From the NCBI GenBank assembly GCA_021323635.1, contig JAJPKQ010000027.1:9563-73562 (forward strand): a stretch of DNA of 64,000 nucleotides. Direction: 5' to 3'. This DNA is from a bacterium. Lineage in GTDB: Bacteria > Actinomycetota > Thermoleophilia > Solirubrobacterales > Solirubrobacteraceae. The notes under the pieces are model-generated. The model was not told the origin of the DNA. It did not search any database and worked only from the letters and a program-made list of their open reading frames with translations. How positions within the stretch are numbered: position 1 is the stretch's first letter; every line of letters starts with the position of its first letter. The position numbers were made by a program, and so were the translations under genes. This document shows positions 56,070-64,000 of this stretch, piece after piece.

Positions 56070-57965
56070 ATGCAGGCGAGCAATCCACAAGAGCAGCTGC
56101 AGGTGCTTGGCGCCGGCTTCGGGCGGACGGGCACGCTGTCGCTGAAGGTCGCTCTCGAGGAGCTGGGTGTCGCTCCCTGCCTGCACTCGCTGCAGTCCCG
56201 CGCGCCGCTCAGCGCCAGCAAGCACTGGCAGCGCCTTGCCGCGGGCGAGCAGATCGACTGGCGCGAGGCGCTTGCGGGCTTTCGCTCCAGCGTCGACTGG
56301 CTCTGCGCCCGCTACTACGAGCAGATCCTTGAGGCCTTCCCGCAGGTCAAGGTCGTGCTCTCGGTGCGTGAGCCGCAGGCTTGGTATGAGAGCGCGAGCG
56401 CGAGCCTGCACGCGGCACGCTCGCTGCGGCGCTCCTCGCCCGATGGCAGGTCGCAGGGCGCGCTCCTCGAGGCGGTCGATCGTGCGATCTGGCAGGAGCT
56501 CTTCGACGGGCGCTTCTGCGAGCGCGAGCATGCCCTTGCCGTCTTTGACCGCCACAGCAGGGAGGTGATCGCGCGCGTGCCCGCCTCCCAGCTGCTCGTA
56601 TACGACGTGCGCGAAGGCTGGGCGCCGCTGTGCGCCTTCCTGGGCGTGCCCGAGCCGAGCACGCCCTTTCCGCACCTCAACGGCCGTGAGGTCTTCTGGA
56701 CACGGATCGGGCGGCAGGCGGCAGGCGGCGAGGCTGAGGGTCAAGCGCAGCTTGGAGCGCTGATCACGCGGCGCCCCCAGCAGCTGCCCGACGTCGCCGG
56801 CGCCCCGCCGCGCCCGCGCTACGCCCGGCGGATACGCGGCGAAGCTGAGCGCGCGCGCGCCCGCGTCGCCTCAGGCGGCGAGCCGGCCGCCGGTGCCGGC
56901 ATGCAGCGGCGACCCTCCGTTCGGATTGGCGCGCTGGCGTGCGTCGATGGGCCGCGGGAGCTGAGCCAGCAGGAGGTGCTCGACCTGCTGGGGCTGCGCG
57001 GCGAGGCCTTTGCGGAGGGGGTCTTCGCGCGCTGCGGCGTGCAGCGCAGATGCCTTGACCTCGACGCGGCGATGCTCGGGCGCAGCCTGCAGGGGCGCAG
57101 CGCGCGCGTGGAGGAGCTGCTGCTCGAGCGCTCCTGCGCGGCATTCGAGCTGCTTGGCGCAGACCCCTCCGAGGTCTCGACCGTGATCAGCGCCTCGCTT
57201 GTCTCGCTGGGCTGCCCTTCGCTTGCCCACCGTCTGATCGAGCGGCTGGGCATGGACCCGAGCACCGACAAGTACCACCTGACGGGCGTTGGCTGCGCGA
57301 GCGCTGTGCCGCTGGTGCGCCTCGGTGCCCAGGCGCTGGCAGGGGACCCGACGCGCAAGGTGCTTGTGGTGGCGGCGGAGTCGATGAGCGCCCTGCTCTG
57401 CCAAGCCTCCGGCGATGACCCGCGAGCCAAGACGATCGGCTCGGCGATCTTCGGCGATGGCTGCGCGGCGCTGCTGCTTGAGGCAGAGCGGCCCGGCGCG
57501 GGCGCGCTTCCCGAAAGCGGGCCCCGCCCGCTGCCTGAGGTGATCGCCAGCGCGGTGCACCAGGTTCCAAGCTCGCTCGATGCGGTTGCCATGGCCTGCG
57601 ACTCGCAGGACTCCTATCTGGGCCTGATCCGCGAGCTGCCGGACATCGCGGGCGCGCAGCTGCGCCCGCTGGTGGACTCCTTCCTGGCCCGCCATGCGCT
57701 GACCGCGCACATGGTCGACCATTGGCTGCTTCACCCGGGCGGGCGGCGCATCATCGAATGCGCGCAGTCCGCGCTCGGGCTCGATCGCGACGCGGTTGCG
57801 ATCAGCTACGAGGTGCTTGCAGATCGCGGCAACGTTGGCACCCCCTCGATCTTCTACGTCCTGGAGCGGACGCTGCGCAAGCGCGCCCCGCAGACCGGCC
57901 AGCACGGGCTGCTGGTCACGATCGGCCCGGGCGTGACGGTCGGGCTGATGCTCGTGCGCTTCTGA
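56070..57965 (+). CDS. Sulfotransferase-type III polyketide synthase fusion
   Basis: N-terminal GAGFGRTGT...SVDW...EGWAPLCAFL...PFPHLN; ~65-aa linker; chalcone-synthase fold with catalytic triad GVGCAS (Cys), LHPGG (His), GNVGT (Asn), plus FGDG and GPG. Good SD (AGGAGAAAGG). Confidence 0.85.
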   Translation: MQASNPQEQLQVLGAGFGRTGTLSLKVALEELGVAPCLHSLQSRAPLSASKHWQRLAAGEQIDWREALAGFRSSVDWLCARYYEQILEAFPQVKVVLSVREPQAWYESASASLHAARSLRRSSPDGRSQGALLEAVDRAIWQELFDGRFCEREHALAVFDRHSREVIARVPASQLLVYDVREGWAPLCAFLGVPEPSTPFPHLNGREVFWTRIGRQAAGGEAEGQAQLGALITRRPQQLPDVAGAPPRPRYARRIRGEAERARARVASGGEPAAGAGMQRRPSVRIGALACVDGPRELSQQEVLDLLGLRGEAFAEGVFARCGVQRRCLDLDAAMLGRSLQGRSARVEELLLERSCAAFELLGADPSEVSTVISASLVSLGCPSLAHRLIERLGMDPSTDKYHLTGVGCASAVPLVRLGAQALAGDPTRKVLVVAAESMSALLCQASGDDPRAKTIGSAIFGDGCAALLLEAERPGAGALPESGPRPLPEVIASAVHQVPSSLDAVAMACDSQDSYLGLIRELPDIAGAQLRPLVDSFLARHALTAHMVDHWLLHPGGRRIIECAQSALGLDRDAVAISYEVLADRGNVGTPSIFYVLERTLRKRAPQTGQHGLLVTIGPGVTVGLMLVRF

Positions 57966-57980
57966 GCGGGACGCGGCTGC

Positions 57981-59597
57981 TCAGAGCAGCGCCGCATGGG
58001 CGCCTGCGCCTGCCCGCCCGCGCCTGATCAACAGCCCCGCCGCCACCCCGAGGAAGCTGACGATCGCGGCCACCAGGAGCGCGGTGTGCAGGCCGCTCAT
58101 GAAGGCGGCATGGCTGCCGGTCGCAACCGCGTGGGCAAGCGCGGGGCTTGCGCCTTTGAGCGCTGGCGTCGCGCCCTGGCCGACAAGCTCCTTGGCGGCT
58201 GCCAGCTGCCTTGCGATCGAGCTTGGCACGCCGGCCGCGTGCAGGGAGCGCGCGAGCACCGCGCCCACCTGCGTCGCCAGCACAGAGCCGAGGATCGCGG
58301 TGCCGACGACGCCGCCCAGCTGGACCGCGGTGGTCTGGATGCCGCCCGCGACCCCCGCCTCGTCGACGGGCGCGTTGGCGACGATCGCATCGGTCGAGGC
58401 GACCACGACCAGCCCGATGCCGATCCCCAGCAGCACGAATGAGGGCCAGAGGGCGCTGTATGGCGAGGAGGGCTCAAGTCCGAGCAGCAGCAGCAGCGCG
58501 ACGCCGGTCAGCCCCAGCCCGAGCGCGATCGGTGCCCGCGGCCCGAGGCGCCCGGTAAGGAGCGCTCCAAGCGGGCTTGAGATCGCGAAGACGAGCGTCA
58601 GCGGCAGCGTCCGCACGCCCGCAGCCACCGGGTCAAGGCCATGCACGTTCTGCAGATAGAGCGAGACGAAGAACAGCACCCCATACATCGCAAAGAAGGT
58701 CATCATTACCGTTAGCGTTCCCAGCGCGACCGAGCGTTGGCGGATCACACGCAGCGGGATCAGCGGCGCGCGCACGCGCGACTCGACCAGGCCGAAGGCG
58801 ATCAGCAGCGCGATCCCGCCGCCGAGCAGGGCGTCGATCCTGGCAGCTCCCCAGCCCCAGCTCTGTCCCTCGACGAAAGCAAAGACCAGACAGAAGAGGC
58901 CACCCGCAAGCAGCGTGAGCCCGAGCCCGTCGAGGGCCTGGCGCAGACGCTCGCGGTTCTCCGCCAATGCGAAGAGGCCGAGCGCCAGCGTGATCGCCGC
59001 GATCGGGGCGTTGATGAAGAAGACCGACTGCCAGGAGACATGCTCCACGAGCAGCCCGCCGACGATCGGCCCGGAGGCGGTGGCAAGCGCGGAGGTGCCG
59101 CCCCAGATGCCGACCGCCTGGTTGAGGCGCTCAACGGGGAAGGTGGCGCGCAGGAGGGCGAGCGTGTTTGGCATCAGCAGCGCGCCGAAGAGCCCCTGCA
59201 GCGTGCGCATGGCGATCACCCCGTCGATCGTGCCGATCACGCCGACGCCCACGGAGCTTGCGGCAAAGCCGACGACGCCGATCAGGAAGATGCGCTTGCG
59301 GCCGTAGCGGTCACCGATCTTGCCGCCTGCGATCAGCAGCACCGCGAGCGCAAGCAGGTAGGCGTTGGTGACCCATTGCAGGTCGGCGAGGGAGGCGTGC
59401 AGCGAGCGGGCGATGTAAGGGTTGGCGATCGAGACGACAGTGCCGTCGATGCCGACCATCAGCACGCCGAGCGAGACCGTCGCAAGCGTCAGCCAGGGGT
59501 TGCCGCGCAGCGGCCTGCGGGAGCGGGCGGCGGCGTGTGACAGCGGCCTGCCCACCGTCACGGCGGCAGGGCTTCTGAGGGTTGCGTTCGGCCTCAC
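57981..59597 (-). CDS. MFS DHA2 (EmrB/QacA-type) efflux transporter
   Basis: MVGIDGTVVSIANP, WVTNAYLL, GKIGDRYGRKR, GPIVGG, WQSVFFINAP; 14-TM pattern. Confidence 0.92.
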   Translation of the reverse strand: MRPNATLRSPAAVTVGRPLSHAAARSRRPLRGNPWLTLATVSLGVLMVGIDGTVVSIANPYIARSLHASLADLQWVTNAYLLALAVLLIAGGKIGDRYGRKRIFLIGVVGFAASSVGVGVIGTIDGVIAMRTLQGLFGALLMPNTLALLRATFPVERLNQAVGIWGGTSALATASGPIVGGLLVEHVSWQSVFFINAPIAAITLALGLFALAENRERLRQALDGLGLTLLAGGLFCLVFAFVEGQSWGWGAARIDALLGGGIALLIAFGLVESRVRAPLIPLRVIRQRSVALGTLTVMMTFFAMYGVLFFVSLYLQNVHGLDPVAAGVRTLPLTLVFAISSPLGALLTGRLGPRAPIALGLGLTGVALLLLLGLEPSSPYSALWPSFVLLGIGIGLVVVASTDAIVANAPVDEAGVAGGIQTTAVQLGGVVGTAILGSVLATQVGAVLARSLHAAGVPSSIARQLAAAKELVGQGATPALKGASPALAHAVATGSHAAFMSGLHTALLVAAIVSFLGVAAGLLIRRGRAGAGAHAALL

Positions 59598-59603
59598 GGG
59601 CGG

Positions 59604-59633
59604 AGCATAGCATAAATGGCAGGAACTGCCATT
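59604..59633 (-). promoter_or_regulatory. MFS promoter overlapped by an inverted-repeat operator
   Basis: Perfect IR AATGGCAG-gaa-CTGCCATT (59615-59633); minus strand TGGCAG-16 nt-TATGCT-6 nt-GTG(59597); a further CTGCCA half-site at ~59643. Confidence 0.65.
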
Positions 59634-59842
59634 CGGCGTATACTGCCACAACTTGTGTGATCTGTTCCATGCCTGGGGTTGCTCCGCGCCATCCGCGCTC
59701 ACCCTCACCAGGAGTCCGGCGCTCGTGCGGCTGCCGGTGGGACTGAGATACTCCGCGCGGAAGTGCGGCGCGGCGGCACGTCATTTAGAGGCCGCACGCG
59801 CGCTGCAGCTAGGCATGCGAACGACGATCGAGAGGCCACAGC

Positions 59843-60799
59843 GTGACGGGCGCCGCTGAGCAGCCCGCCCTCTCGGTGCGCTCGCTCAGCAAGCGCTTCG
59901 GCGAACGCATGGCCTACGAGCAGATCTCCTTCGAGGTCGGCCGCGGGGAGGTCTTCGGTTTCCTGGGGCCAAATGGCGCCGGCAAGACCACGATGGTTCG
60001 CACCCTCGGCACCCTGATTGCGCCAAGCGCGGGTAGCGCGAGCGTCGCGGGAGTTCCGCTGAGCGAGGCAAACGGGGTCGAGATCCGCCGGCGGATCGCG
60101 ATCATGCCCGAGTCGCCCGGCCTCTACCAGCGGCTGAGCGTGCGCGACAACCTGGCCTGCTTTGCCGACCTCTACGAGGTCCCGGCACCGGCGCGGCGGA
60201 TCGCTGAGGTGCTCAGCATGGTCGGCCTTGCGGAGCGCGCGGCGGAGCTCTGCGGGGCGCTCTCCAAGGGCCTGCGCCAGCGTGTGGCGCTGGCGCGCGC
60301 GCTGCTCAGCGAGCCGCAGGTGCTCTTTCTCGACGAGCCCACCTCGGGGCTTGACCCGGCCGCCGCGCGCGATGTCCACGAGCTGATCGAGGGCATGCGC
60401 GAGCGCGGTGTGACCGTCTTCCTGACCACCCACCGCCTCGAGGAGGCTGAGCGACTTTGCGATCGGGTTGCGATCCTGAACACGACGCTGCGCTCGATCG
60501 GCCGCCCGGCGGAGCTGCGCGATCAGCTCTTCACGCGCGCGCTCCTAGTGCGCACCGCAAGCGCGCTTGCGGACCCCGCAGCGGTCTTTGCGTCACTGCC
60601 TGCGCTCGAGGGCTGGCATGCGCAGGGCGATAGCGCATATCTGCTTGAAGCTGCTGACATCAGCGCGCTGGCGCCGCACGCGGTGCGCGCGCTGGTTGCA
60701 GCCGGCGCTGACGTGCTCGCGGTCGAGGAGCGCCGCCACTCGCTCGAGGACGTCTACCTCGAGCTGGTCGGCGAGCGCCGGGAGGAGGCCGCGAGATGA
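59843..60799 (+). CDS. ABC-2-type exporter ATP-binding subunit
   Basis: GPNGAGKTT, LSKGLRQR, LDEPTSGLD, TTH. Confidence 0.93.
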   Translation: MTGAAEQPALSVRSLSKRFGERMAYEQISFEVGRGEVFGFLGPNGAGKTTMVRTLGTLIAPSAGSASVAGVPLSEANGVEIRRRIAIMPESPGLYQRLSVRDNLACFADLYEVPAPARRIAEVLSMVGLAERAAELCGALSKGLRQRVALARALLSEPQVLFLDEPTSGLDPAAARDVHELIEGMRERGVTVFLTTHRLEEAERLCDRVAILNTTLRSIGRPAELRDQLFTRALLVRTASALADPAAVFASLPALEGWHAQGDSAYLLEAADISALAPHAVRALVAAGADVLAVEERRHSLEDVYLELVGERREEAAR

Positions 60800-61518
60800 G
60801 GCTGAGCAGACGGCGCGTGCGGGGCGTCGTCGACAAGGAGCTGCGCGATCTGCGCCGCAACAGCAATGTCGTCTACACGATGCTCGTGCTGCCGCTGATC
60901 TTCCTGGTTCAGCCCGTTGTCGAGGTGCTGACGCTCTCGGCCCACTCCGCGGCGGTGCTGCGCCGCGAGCATACGCTGACCTACCTGCTTGCGATTCCGA
61001 CGCTTGTGCCGGCTGCGCTCGCTGCCTACGCGATCGTCGGGGAGCGCCTGCAGGGGACGCTCGAGCCGTTGCTCTCCACCCCTGTGCAGCGTCGCGAGCT
61101 GATCCTGGGCAAGGCACTCGCGGTCTTCCTGCCCTCGCTTGCGGTCGCCTATGTGGTGTTCGCGCTCTTTGTCATCATCGTGGAGCTCTTCTCGGCGGCG
61201 GGCGTGGCGGGAGCGCTGCTGCGCACCCCATATGTGCTCGCTCAGGTGATCTTCACGCCGCTGTTGGCAACGTGGTCGATCTGGCTGGGGATGGTGATCT
61301 CGGCGCGCTTTGCCGACCCGCGCGCGGCGACGCAGGTTGCGATCCTCGTCAGCCTGCCGACAGTGGCGATCACCTCGCTGATCGCCTTCAACGTGATCCC
61401 CGCCAACCTCCGCGTCGCGCTTGGATTCGGCGTCGGCCTGCTTGTGCTAAACCGCATCGGCTGGCGCGTGGCCACTGCGGTATTCGACCGCGAGCGCCTG
61501 ATCACGGGCAGCAGATGA
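60796..61518 (+). CDS. ABC-2-type exporter permease
   Basis: KELRDL, IVGERLQGTLEPLLSTP, LILGK; 6 TM helices; ATGA overlap. Confidence 0.9.
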   Translation: MRLSRRRVRGVVDKELRDLRRNSNVVYTMLVLPLIFLVQPVVEVLTLSAHSAAVLRREHTLTYLLAIPTLVPAALAAYAIVGERLQGTLEPLLSTPVQRRELILGKALAVFLPSLAVAYVVFALFVIIVELFSAAGVAGALLRTPYVLAQVIFTPLLATWSIWLGMVISARFADPRAATQVAILVSLPTVAITSLIAFNVIPANLRVALGFGVGLLVLNRIGWRVATAVFDRERLITGSR

Positions 61519-61588
61519 GCGGTCACCCCTGCGTGCTCGGCCTGCGAGCAGAGCGTGAGCGGCGCACTCGCTGCTGGCATAATCTGTC

Positions 61589-62290
61589 GTGATGGACGTA
61601 GCTTCGGGTGCAGGGAGGGATGCCCGCAGCAGCCGCGCCAGGCGCCCGCAGCGCCTGCGCGGGCCGGCTGCGGAGCTCGCTGAGGCGACGCTCACGGAGC
61701 GGCGCATGGCACGGACTCGGCGGGAGCTTGCGAAGGCGGCCAGTCGCCTGTTTGCGAGCAAGGGCTACGAGGAGACGACGATCGAGGAGATCGCAGCCGC
61801 CGCGGAGGTCTCGCCACGAACCTTCTACCGCTACTTCGCGCACAAGGAGGGCGTTGTGGTGGCGCTTGCGCAGTTTGGCTTCGACGATGTGATCGGAGAG
61901 CTGCGGATGCGACCGGCGCAGGAGCCGCTGCAGCACGCCCTGGCGGCGGCGTTGATCGCGCCGATCTATGCGCAGGCAAGCAGTGAGGAGGAGGTGCGCG
62001 CTTTCTTTCTGATGCTCGCGCGCACGCCCGCGCTGCGCGCGCGCTGGCGCGAGGAGGTCTACACGCGCCAGGTTGCCTTCGCGCAGGTGCTGGCGGAGCG
62101 CGTGCCGGCGCTGGCAGCGGAGCCCCTCAGAGCAAGGGTTGCCGCCGGCGCCCTGCTGGCTGCGATCTCGGCGGCCTTCGAGTCCTGGGCCGAAGGCGCG
62201 GTGCGCGGCAGCCTGCGGGCGACGCTGGAGCGGGCGATCGCGCTGCTCACCGGGCCGCTGCTGCCTGCGTACGCTGAGGCTGCGCGCTGA
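61589..62290 (+). CDS. TetR/AcrR-family regulator
   Basis: LFASKGYEETTIEEIAAAAEVSPRTFYRYFAHKE; CATAAT 5 nt upstream of GTG. Confidence 0.93.
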   Translation: MMDVASGAGRDARSSRARRPQRLRGPAAELAEATLTERRMARTRRELAKAASRLFASKGYEETTIEEIAAAAEVSPRTFYRYFAHKEGVVVALAQFGFDDVIGELRMRPAQEPLQHALAAALIAPIYAQASSEEEVRAFFLMLARTPALRARWREEVYTRQVAFAQVLAERVPALAAEPLRARVAAGALLAAISAAFESWAEGAVRGSLRATLERAIALLTGPLLPAYAEAAR

Positions 62291-62309
62291 AGGGCGCCCG
62301 GCAGCTCGT

Positions 62310-63006
62310 CTGGATTCGGGAGCTAGTCGGTATGGATGCCGAGTGGGGCTGGCCCTCGGCGTTCGCATTTCTCGCGGGTCAGCCTCGGCGGTGTAAGGGC
62401 GACATCGGCCAGAGCCGCATACGAAGGAGAACCAGCCCCGTGCCTGACGTCAGCTCCAACCGGCCCACCGACGTTCGTCTGTGGGTCGCCCTCGACGTGC
62501 ACAAGCTCTCGATCCTCGCCGCAACGCTGCCGCCGGTGGGCGGTGAGCCGGAGGTCTGCCAGATCGAGACCACCCGCGTGGCGATCCGCCGCTTCATCGA
62601 CCGCCTGGGCGGTCCGGAGGGCCTCGCCGTCTGCTGCGAGGCGGGCCCCGGCGGCTTTGACCTCCTCCGCGTCCGTGCCGAGCTGCAGGTGGCCTGCGAC
62701 GTGATCGCGCCCTCGCCGATCGCGGTCCGCGCCGGCGACCGCATCAGGTCCGACCGGCGTGAAGCCAAGAAGCTCGTGCGCCTCTACCACGGCGGCCAGC
62801 CCTCGTTCGTCGCGCCCCCGACCCCGGAGACCGAGGGCCTCTGGGACCCGGTGCGCTGCCGCGATGACCTGCGCTGCGCAAGGACGGCGGCCAGGCACCG
62901 AGTCGCCAAGCGGCTCTTGCGCCACGGACGTGTCTACCGGGAGGGCAAGAGCCAGTGGACCAATATGCACTGAGCATGGGTGGCCCGCCAGCGACTCGCC
63001 GACCCC
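62310..63006 (+). mobile_element. IS110-family element remnant: 5' non-coding end plus truncated DEDD recombinase (GTG 62440, in-frame TGA 62971)
   Basis: WVALDVHK...CCEAGPGGF...IAPS...GDRIRSDRREA...RHRVAK.LLRHG...W* AWVARQ; the C-terminal Tnp domain is missing. Left boundary approximate. Confidence 0.8.
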
Positions 63007-63038
63007 GGCCACCCGGCGCACGCGGAGACCCGCGCGTC

Positions 63039-63230
63039 CGGGGGCGCCTGCAGGCGCTGTTCGTGCGCGAGCTCGAAGCTCTGGGGCACCCCGCTCCCGA
63101 GCACGCCGCCGACCAGCTCCTGCTGCTGATCGACGGAGTGCTGCTGGAGGCGCTCACGCGTCCGGACACCCACCCGGCGCGAGGCGCCAAGGAGCTCGCC
63201 GAACACGTGCTGGGCGCGGCCAAGGGCCGG
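63039..63230 (+). pseudogene. Remnant of a TetR-family ligand-binding (C-terminal) domain
   Basis: RLQALFVRELEALGHPAPEHAADQLLLLIDGVLLEA...AKELAEHVL; no HTH and no credible start; fused to the IS110 breakpoint. Confidence 0.55.
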
Positions 63231-63441
63231 GGGCGTGTGCGGTCGCGGCGGACAGCGCAGCTTGCATCGGCGCACCCGGCCCCACAGAGCGAGGCGCACG
63301 CCGTTCGCGCGTTTGCGGATGCGCAGCCCCCGCGCGTCGCCCTCGGCTGACTCCGGGTTGTTGTAGCCGGCGGCGCTCACGACCGTGGAAGGAAACGGGC
63401 TGCCCTCGTTGGCCCGCCCGAAGTCGCCCGCAATGCTCGCC

Positions 63442-63710
63442 CTACGCTCTACCGCTGAGCTTGTTACCGCGCTGCGGTGCAACCGCGACCGCGGCGAGCT
63501 CTCGCTCGAGCGGGCGCCGCTCGGCGTCATCGTGGACCAGCTCGAGCGCGCGTTGGTAGGCATTGCGGGCCTCTCGCGAGCGACCGAGGCTTATCAGCAG
63601 CTCGCCCCGGCTCGCGTGGAAGTAGTGGAAGTCCTGGAGCTGCAGCCCGCCGAGGATCTGCAGGGGGCATCAGGACCCTCGGCCTCGGCGATCGCGATGG
63701 CCCGGTTGAG
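63442..63710 (-). pseudogene. 3' remnant of an ECF sigma-70 factor with TPR-like C-terminus (YciI/DGPF-associated type)
   Basis: Manual minus-strand translation: LNRAIAIAEAEGPDA / frameshift / QILGGLQLQDFHYFHASRGELLISLGRSREARNAYQRALELVHDDAERRPLEREL; TAG at 63442-63444. Not in the ORF track. Confidence 0.72.
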
Positions 63711-63748
63711 GAGGAGGAGAGTCTGATTTATCTGATACGATCACGCCC

Positions 63749-64000
63749 ATGATCCGGATGAGCGCCACCGATGTCGCGCGCAACTTCTCGTCGGTGATCA
63801 ACCGGGTGGGGGCTGGCGAGGAGGTCGAGATCGTGCGCAACGGTGCCCCGGTGGCCGAGCTTCGAGCTCCTTCGGCGCCGTGTGGACTAAGCAGCACCGA
63901 ATGGCGGGCGCTGATTGCGAGCCTGCCGGCGGTGGACGATGAGTTCGCCCGTGACGTCGAAGCAGCTCGCTCGGCTGTCGGCCCGCCGACGGGCAAGTGG
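63749..64000 (+). CDS. Phd/YefM-family antitoxin (runs off the window end)
   Basis: MIRMSATDVARNFSSVINRVGAGEEVEIVRNGAPVAEL is the Phd pattern; frame open to base 64000. Confidence 0.82.
   Translation, partial: MIRMSATDVARNFSSVINRVGAGEEVEIVRNGAPVAELRAPSAPCGLSSTEWRALIASLPAVDDEFARDVEAARSAVGPPTGKW

Noticed and set aside
62971-62973. In-frame TGA in the IS110 recombinase as selenocysteine or programmed read-through
   Set aside because: The position is not catalytic, no SECIS-like context is evident, and the gene is truncated ~35 nt later anyway.
63385-63726. 113-aa plus-strand ORF
   Set aside because: It is the codon-aligned antisense shadow of the ECF sigma-factor remnant on the minus strand.

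Overview
A very GC-rich bacterial window. Gene content and style suggest Actinomycetota, probably Thermoleophilia/Solirubrobacterales-like (inference). About 50 CDS can be supported; no rRNA, tRNA or CRISPR array was seen. Layout: (1) 1-13.6 kb, a co-directional block with a TorD/EbdD-like chaperone (partial), a type II DMSO-reductase-family molybdoenzyme alpha subunit, a nitroreductase-fold protein, a membrane protein, two unusual adenylate-forming enzymes and a U32 Fe-S protein, then moeA/moaD-E/moaC/mog and a tocopherol-cyclase-like gene. (2) GMC oxidoreductase pair, an AAA-DUF4143 ATPase with a 4x23-bp tandem repeat at its promoter, and LOG. (3) cydABDC plus a coupled fifth ORF, LuxR, a large secreted Ig-like protein, two tandem-USP genes and LCP. 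(4) thiOSG, argF, an RlmD lacking the Fe-S cysteines, a GT1 and a quinone reductase. (5) A minus-strand inositol-lipid cluster (GT-C-like, AUR1/PAP2-like, PIP synthase, ino1, a VapBC pair in between, a degenerate GT4 fused to an intact PHP phosphoesterase), followed by a divergent UDG-like gene. (6) A decayed kelch/Ig/collagen surface gene, a collagen-like protein, a LAL regulator and nth. (7) A stand-alone sulfotransferase divergent from a sulfotransferase-type III PKS fusion, with MFS, ABC and TetR neighbours. (8) Remnants of IS110, TetR and an ECF sigma factor, ending in a partial Phd antitoxin. Strongest candidates for undescribed systems: the sulfotransferase-type III PKS fusion locus, the Mo-enzyme/U32/adenylation operon, and the pseudo-GT4-PHP fusion in the inositol-lipid cluster. 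All family calls rest on motif recognition by eye; no searches were run.
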